A stretch of DNA of 37,843 bases from positions 1 through 37,843 of the forward strand of contig JBCCHQ010000044.1 of assembly GCA_039028735.1 (NCBI GenBank). The letters run 5' to 3'. Positions within the stretch are counted from its first letter, which is position 1. Each line of letters begins with the position of its first letter. Positions 34,094-37,843 of this stretch are shown here, one piece after another. Under the pieces are notes generated by a model. The model was not told where the DNA came from and searched no databases. It saw only the letters and a list, made by a program, of their open reading frames with translations. This DNA is from Planctomycetota bacterium. Lineage in GTDB: Bacteria > Planctomycetota > UBA8108 > UBA1146 > JAJFFE01. The position numbers and the translations under genes are program-made.

Positions 34094-36213
34094 GGATGAC
34101 GAAACGCGCCAATCAGCCGTCTCGACGAGCTTGGCAAACTCTGTGCTGGGTCTTTTGTGCGATCGCAGCAAGCGCAGTGTGGATGGGCTGCAACACCTAC
34201 ATTTCGGATGGCCGGAAGACGCCGCAGAGTGCGCCCCCTGGCGCGCACTATCTAGGTGGACTTGGACTCCTTGCGCAGCGTGCCAACTCGGTAGATGCGA
34301 GGGCCGTGATGCCGGCCGAAGAACTCTGGATCATCATCCCCGAGCCGACAGGACAACAGCGTAGTGATGCTGAGCCGCCGGCTGGCTCGTTGTTGGCGCT
34401 GACTAGTGGGCACGTCGAAGTTGCCGTGCCGCTGCGCCACACGGACGTCGCAGCGTCGATCAAGGGTGGGATCTCAGCGGTCACAGTCGCGCAGTCGTTT
34501 CACAATCCTTACGACACCAAGATCGAGGCGAAGTACGTCTTTCCACTGCCACACGAAGGGGCGGTTACCGACTTTGTCATGGTGATCGGCGAGCGCCGCA
34601 TTCGCGGCTTGATTCGTGAGCGGGAGCTCGCGGAGCAGATCTATTCAGCCGCCAAGCACCAGGGGCACGTAGCTGCGCTGATGACGCAAGAGCGTCCCAA
34701 CATCTTCACGCAGTCGGTGGCGAACATTGAGCCTGGCAAGTCGATCGATGTCGAAATCACGTACTTCCACACGTTGCCGCTCGTGGATGGTGAGTTCGAG
34801 TTCGTGTTTCCGATGGTCGTCGCCCCGCGCTTCAATCCGCCCCATGTGGGTGGCAATGGCATTGGCGCGACCCCTCGCGGCCAGGCCGGGACATCCGGTC
34901 AGCGCGTCGAAGTGGGATACCTCGGCCTGCGCGAACGCAGTGGCCACGACATCTCGATTGCAGTCACGATCGAAGCGGGGCTGCCCGTTCGAGAGGTGCG
35001 GTCGACGACTCATGCGATCGAGAGAGAGCAGCCCGACTCCGGCTTGGTCCGAGTGCAACTGCGTCCCGGAGACAAGATTCCGAACCGGGACTTCGTGCTG
35101 CGCTATCGTGTGGCTTCTGAAACCGTGCAACCAGAGTTCGTTTGCACCCGCGATGACAGCGGGGGCTACTTTCAGCTGACGTTGCATCCCCCGCACAATC
35201 TCCACGTGGTCCCCAGGCAGCCGATGGAGTTCATCTTTGTCGTGGACGCGTCGGGGAGTATGAAGGGGCGTCCGCTGGAGCTCGCCAAGGGTGCAATTCT
35301 ACGCAGCCTGAGCCACCTCGACGTCCATGACACGTTTCAGATCATTCGCTTCTCGAACGAAGCGCTGCCACTGACGCCCGCACCGGTCCCTGCGACGGTG
35401 TCGAACGTCGAGCGTGCGCGACGATACCTGGACGAGATGTCGAGTGCTGGCGGCACGCACATGATCCACGGGGTCCGTGCGGCGCTGGCCGGAAGTGACG
35501 ACCCGGAACGCCAGCGACTCGTTTCGTTCATGACGGACGGTTTCATTGGCAACGAATCTGAGATCTTTCGCGCTGTGCTCCAGCATGTAGGGGACGCGCG
35601 ACTGTTTAGCTTTGGCGTCGGGTCCTCCGTCAACCGTCATCTATTGGCAGGTATGGCCCGGCTCGGGCGCGGTGCAGTCGCTTACGTTGGGCTCGACGAA
35701 GGCGTAGCGAACGCAGTGGATCGTTTCTACGAGCGAGTGGCGCGGCCCGCGTTGACGGATATCGCGATCGATTGGGGCACGCTGGGCGTTTCGGAGCAAG
35801 TTGGCGGCGCAGGGGATGTCTTCTACGGTCGTCCTGCTACCGTCTTGGGCCGTTTCTCTGGCACGGAGCCAACGACGATTCGCGTCAGAGGGCGCCAGAA
35901 CGGTGAATGGATGGAGTGCACGGTCGCCTGTGACCCTACTCGCGCATCCCAGCACCAGGCCGTCTCGCAGCTGTGGGCGCGCAAGCGCATCCAAGCTCTC
36001 ACCGATGGATTCTTGCGCCGCTACGACCCCGCCGATGGCGCAGCAGTCCGGCGACTCGCCCTCGAACACAACCTGTTGTCTGCGTACACAGCATTTGTCG
36101 CTGTCGATGCCAGTCAAGTGACCGCAGGCAGGGAGGGCGTCACCGTCGGTGTGCCGGTTCCTGTACCGGCTGGGATGCGCTACGAAACCAGCACGGCACG
36201 ACCTGGGGGATAG
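34090..36213 (+). CDS. VIT (vault inter-alpha-trypsin) + von Willebrand factor A domain protein, secreted or lipoprotein (707 aa)
   Basis: The ATG at 34090 (ATGAGGATGA overlapping the upstream stop) has a GGAAGGA SD. The signal is WVFCAIAASAVWMGC. The VIT domain is VAVPLRHTDVAASIKGGISAVTVAQSFHNPYD...YVFPLP..AVTDFVMVIGERRIRG. The VWA has a MIDAS motif: FIFVVDASGSMKG ... GGTHM ... SFMTDGFIGNE. The track start at 33964 overlaps the previous gene. Confidence 0.85.
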   Translation: MRMTKRANQPSRRAWQTLCWVFCAIAASAVWMGCNTYISDGRKTPQSAPPGAHYLGGLGLLAQRANSVDARAVMPAEELWIIIPEPTGQQRSDAEPPAGSLLALTSGHVEVAVPLRHTDVAASIKGGISAVTVAQSFHNPYDTKIEAKYVFPLPHEGAVTDFVMVIGERRIRGLIRERELAEQIYSAAKHQGHVAALMTQERPNIFTQSVANIEPGKSIDVEITYFHTLPLVDGEFEFVFPMVVAPRFNPPHVGGNGIGATPRGQAGTSGQRVEVGYLGLRERSGHDISIAVTIEAGLPVREVRSTTHAIEREQPDSGLVRVQLRPGDKIPNRDFVLRYRVASETVQPEFVCTRDDSGGYFQLTLHPPHNLHVVPRQPMEFIFVVDASGSMKGRPLELAKGAILRSLSHLDVHDTFQIIRFSNEALPLTPAPVPATVSNVERARRYLDEMSSAGGTHMIHGVRAALAGSDDPERQRLVSFMTDGFIGNESEIFRAVLQHVGDARLFSFGVGSSVNRHLLAGMARLGRGAVAYVGLDEGVANAVDRFYERVARPALTDIAIDWGTLGVSEQVGGAGDVFYGRPATVLGRFSGTEPTTIRVRGRQNGEWMECTVACDPTRASQHQAVSQLWARKRIQALTDGFLRRYDPADGAAVRRLALEHNLLSAYTAFVAVDASQVTAGREGVTVGVPVPVPAGMRYETSTARPGG

Positions 36214-36226
36214 TCTCCTGCGACGG

Positions 36227-36862
36227 CTACTTCTTCGGCAGGTACTTGCCAAGCAGCAGGTGAATGATGGCTAACCTGCTGTTTTGCGCCTTGTCGGACG
36301 ACGGGGCGATGCGAATGACTTCTTCGTAAGCGGCGACAGCTTCATCCTTACGTGACAGTTTTGCCAGTGCCCGGGCGCGATAGTAGTGGTAGTACGCGTT
36401 CTCTGGCTTCAGGCGGACAGCCTCATTCAGCGCTAGGACCGCCTCCTCATAGCGCCTCAAGTCGATGTAGAGGCGCCCGCGGTTGTAGTAGGGGAATACA
36501 TAGTCACTATTGATGACGGTTGCCCGCTTGAACGCGCGAATCGCTTCGTCCGTGCGATCGAGGTCGCGTAGGGCAAGGCCGCGATTGTTGTGTGCCCACG
36601 CGCTGTAGCGATCCTTCTTGATTGCGGCGTCGAACTCCCTGAGTGCGCCTTCGAAATCACCAGCCTTGCGGAGTTCTTGTCCTGCCTTGACGCGCTCTTC
36701 GACGAACTCGCGCCGTCGCGACTCGACTTGCCGTTGGATCCATTTCGAACACGTCGACAACGACATCAAGATCCCGAACGCCGCCATGCAGCTGATCCCC
36801 TTGCGTGGCTTGGCCCGAGGTGGCGGCGCAGAAGGCGACGGCGCGGGGGTCTCTTCGTTCAT
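36227..36862 (-). CDS. TPR-repeat protein (211 aa), possibly membrane-anchored
   Basis: It has 4-5 TPR units (AWAHNNRGLALRDLDRTDEAIRAFKRA; YNRGRLYIDLRRYEEAVLALNEAV; YHYYRARALAKLSRKDEAVAAYEEV). The N-terminal hydrophobic segment is MAAFGILMSLS. An alternative start at 36787 has an AAGGGGA SD. Confidence 0.7.
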   Translation of the reverse strand: MNEETPAPSPSAPPPRAKPRKGISCMAAFGILMSLSTCSKWIQRQVESRRREFVEERVKAGQELRKAGDFEGALREFDAAIKKDRYSAWAHNNRGLALRDLDRTDEAIRAFKRATVINSDYVFPYYNRGRLYIDLRRYEEAVLALNEAVRLKPENAYYHYYRARALAKLSRKDEAVAAYEEVIRIAPSSDKAQNSRLAIIHLLLGKYLPKK

Positions 36863-37216
36863 GCGGAAGCCATCAGGCCGCGCAGCGAGTCCGTCTCACG
36901 TGGGGTTCTGGGACGTTTCAAATGCTTTGCCTCACTTGATCTCACTCCCGACCCATAGGTCTCAGCTAGTAGCCAGGAGGGGCCAGAAAGGCCCAAAGTA
37001 GTCACTAGTCGGTCACTTGCAAGGCAAGTGGGGGCCGCAGGCTGTGATGGAGGTCGCGCCGTACCGGACATGAGAGTACACTGAGCCGCTCCTGGGGCTT
37101 GCTAGTCCCTCTTGCAGCCCCTTTGGCTGCATCATGCCTGGGTAGTCTCCAGGTTTACTGGTGGTTTCAGGTTTGGGTAGTTTCGGGTTATTGAGTAATC
37201 ATGCAGGGAGATCGCT

Positions 37217-37786
37217 ATGAGACCTTGTCAAACTCTATTGGCTCTGTTGTTTCTCGGACTGACCTTTCCCGTGCTCGCGGCTCCGCCGAGTTTCACAGAA
37301 GTGACCGCAGCGGCTGGGTTGGCCGGACACAACCACACCCCGACCTACACTCACAGCTATCCCGCCGGCGGCGCTGTCGGAGACTTCGACAACGATGGCT
37401 TCCAAGACATCTTCTTACCTGGAGGCGGAGGACAACCAGACAAGTTGTTCATGAACAATGGCGATGGCACGTTCTCGAATCAGGCTCAAGCCTGGGGCGT
37501 CGCAGCGACGCACCAAAGTACCGGTGCAGCTGTTGGTGACTTCAATCGCGACGGTTGGCTCGATCTTTTCGTGTCCAGCTACACCAGCAATCGTCTCTAT
37601 CGCAATGAGGGCGGTACTGGATTCGTGAACGTTGCCAATAGTGCTGGCGTATCCGCCCCGGCTCCGTTCGGGGGAGCGTTCGGCGACTTCGACTTGGATG
37701 GAGACTTGGATCTGGCAGTCGTGACCTTCACGTCCGCTGCTGCAAATCTATTCACCACCCAACTGGCCGGACTACACCTTTGGTAA
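37217..37786 (+). CDS. FG-GAP/ASPIC(CRTAC1)-like repeat protein, apparently short (189 aa) near the window edge
   Basis: The ATG at 37217 has a GGGAG SD. The signal is LLALLFLGLTFPVLAAP. Three FG-GAP-type Ca-binding repeats are GDFDNDGFQDIF, GDFNRDGWLDLFV and GDFDLDGDLDLAV. The stop at 37784 comes after only three repeats, whereas family members usually have 7 blades plus a C-terminal domain. Confidence 0.6.
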   Translation: MRPCQTLLALLFLGLTFPVLAAPPSFTEVTAAAGLAGHNHTPTYTHSYPAGGAVGDFDNDGFQDIFLPGGGGQPDKLFMNNGDGTFSNQAQAWGVAATHQSTGAAVGDFNRDGWLDLFVSSYTSNRLYRNEGGTGFVNVANSAGVSAPAPFGGAFGDFDLDGDLDLAVVTFTSAAANLFTTQLAGLHLW

Positions 37787-37843
37787 ATGGGTTCCCTGGT
37801 GGTTCCACTACGGTTCATTTGGTGGAGATAGCGGTAATGAGAG

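Overview
High-GC window with about 22 protein-coding genes and no rRNA, tRNA, CRISPR or mobile-element signatures visible by eye. Gene content (giant secreted repeat protein, dockerin-type modules, spondin_N, many TPR lipoproteins) suggests a Planctomycetota-like genome; this is inference. The window is dominated by an 11.6-kb minus-strand gene (5430..17033/17090, about 3,870 aa) for a secreted multidomain protein. In N-to-C order it carries a glyoxal/galactose-oxidase-like Kelch propeller, Big Ig-like domains, four LamG (concanavalin-A-like) domains, cadherin/VCBS-like beta-sandwiches, and three blocks totalling roughly 100 short Cys-containing DxNxNGxPDxCD calcium-binding-loop repeats (thrombospondin-type-3-like). 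The extreme DNA repetitiveness of those blocks produces many spurious antisense ORFs in the six-frame track. Other genes are: an isochorismatase–aldehyde dehydrogenase fusion, a DUF2277 protein, TPR lipoproteins, a two-spondin_N-plus-dockerin secreted protein divergent from a LysR regulator, an AbgT-family transporter, an outer-membrane beta-barrel protein and an FG-GAP protein. Two candidate 'systems' stand out. (i) A tightly packed NfeD/YqiJ-like membrane protein, a flotillin (SPFH) protein and a 1,746-aa protein with a single C-terminal AAA_5 (MoxR/McrB-like) ATPase module. (ii) An ECF sigma factor divergent from a translationally coupled trio: a single-pass membrane protein with an extracytoplasmic dockerin, a small secreted protein, and a VIT+VWA lipoprotein. 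An in-frame TGA also separates a signal-peptide ORF from the next ORF upstream of the giant gene. Coordinates and domain calls are by eye from the sequence and ORF track; no database searches were run.
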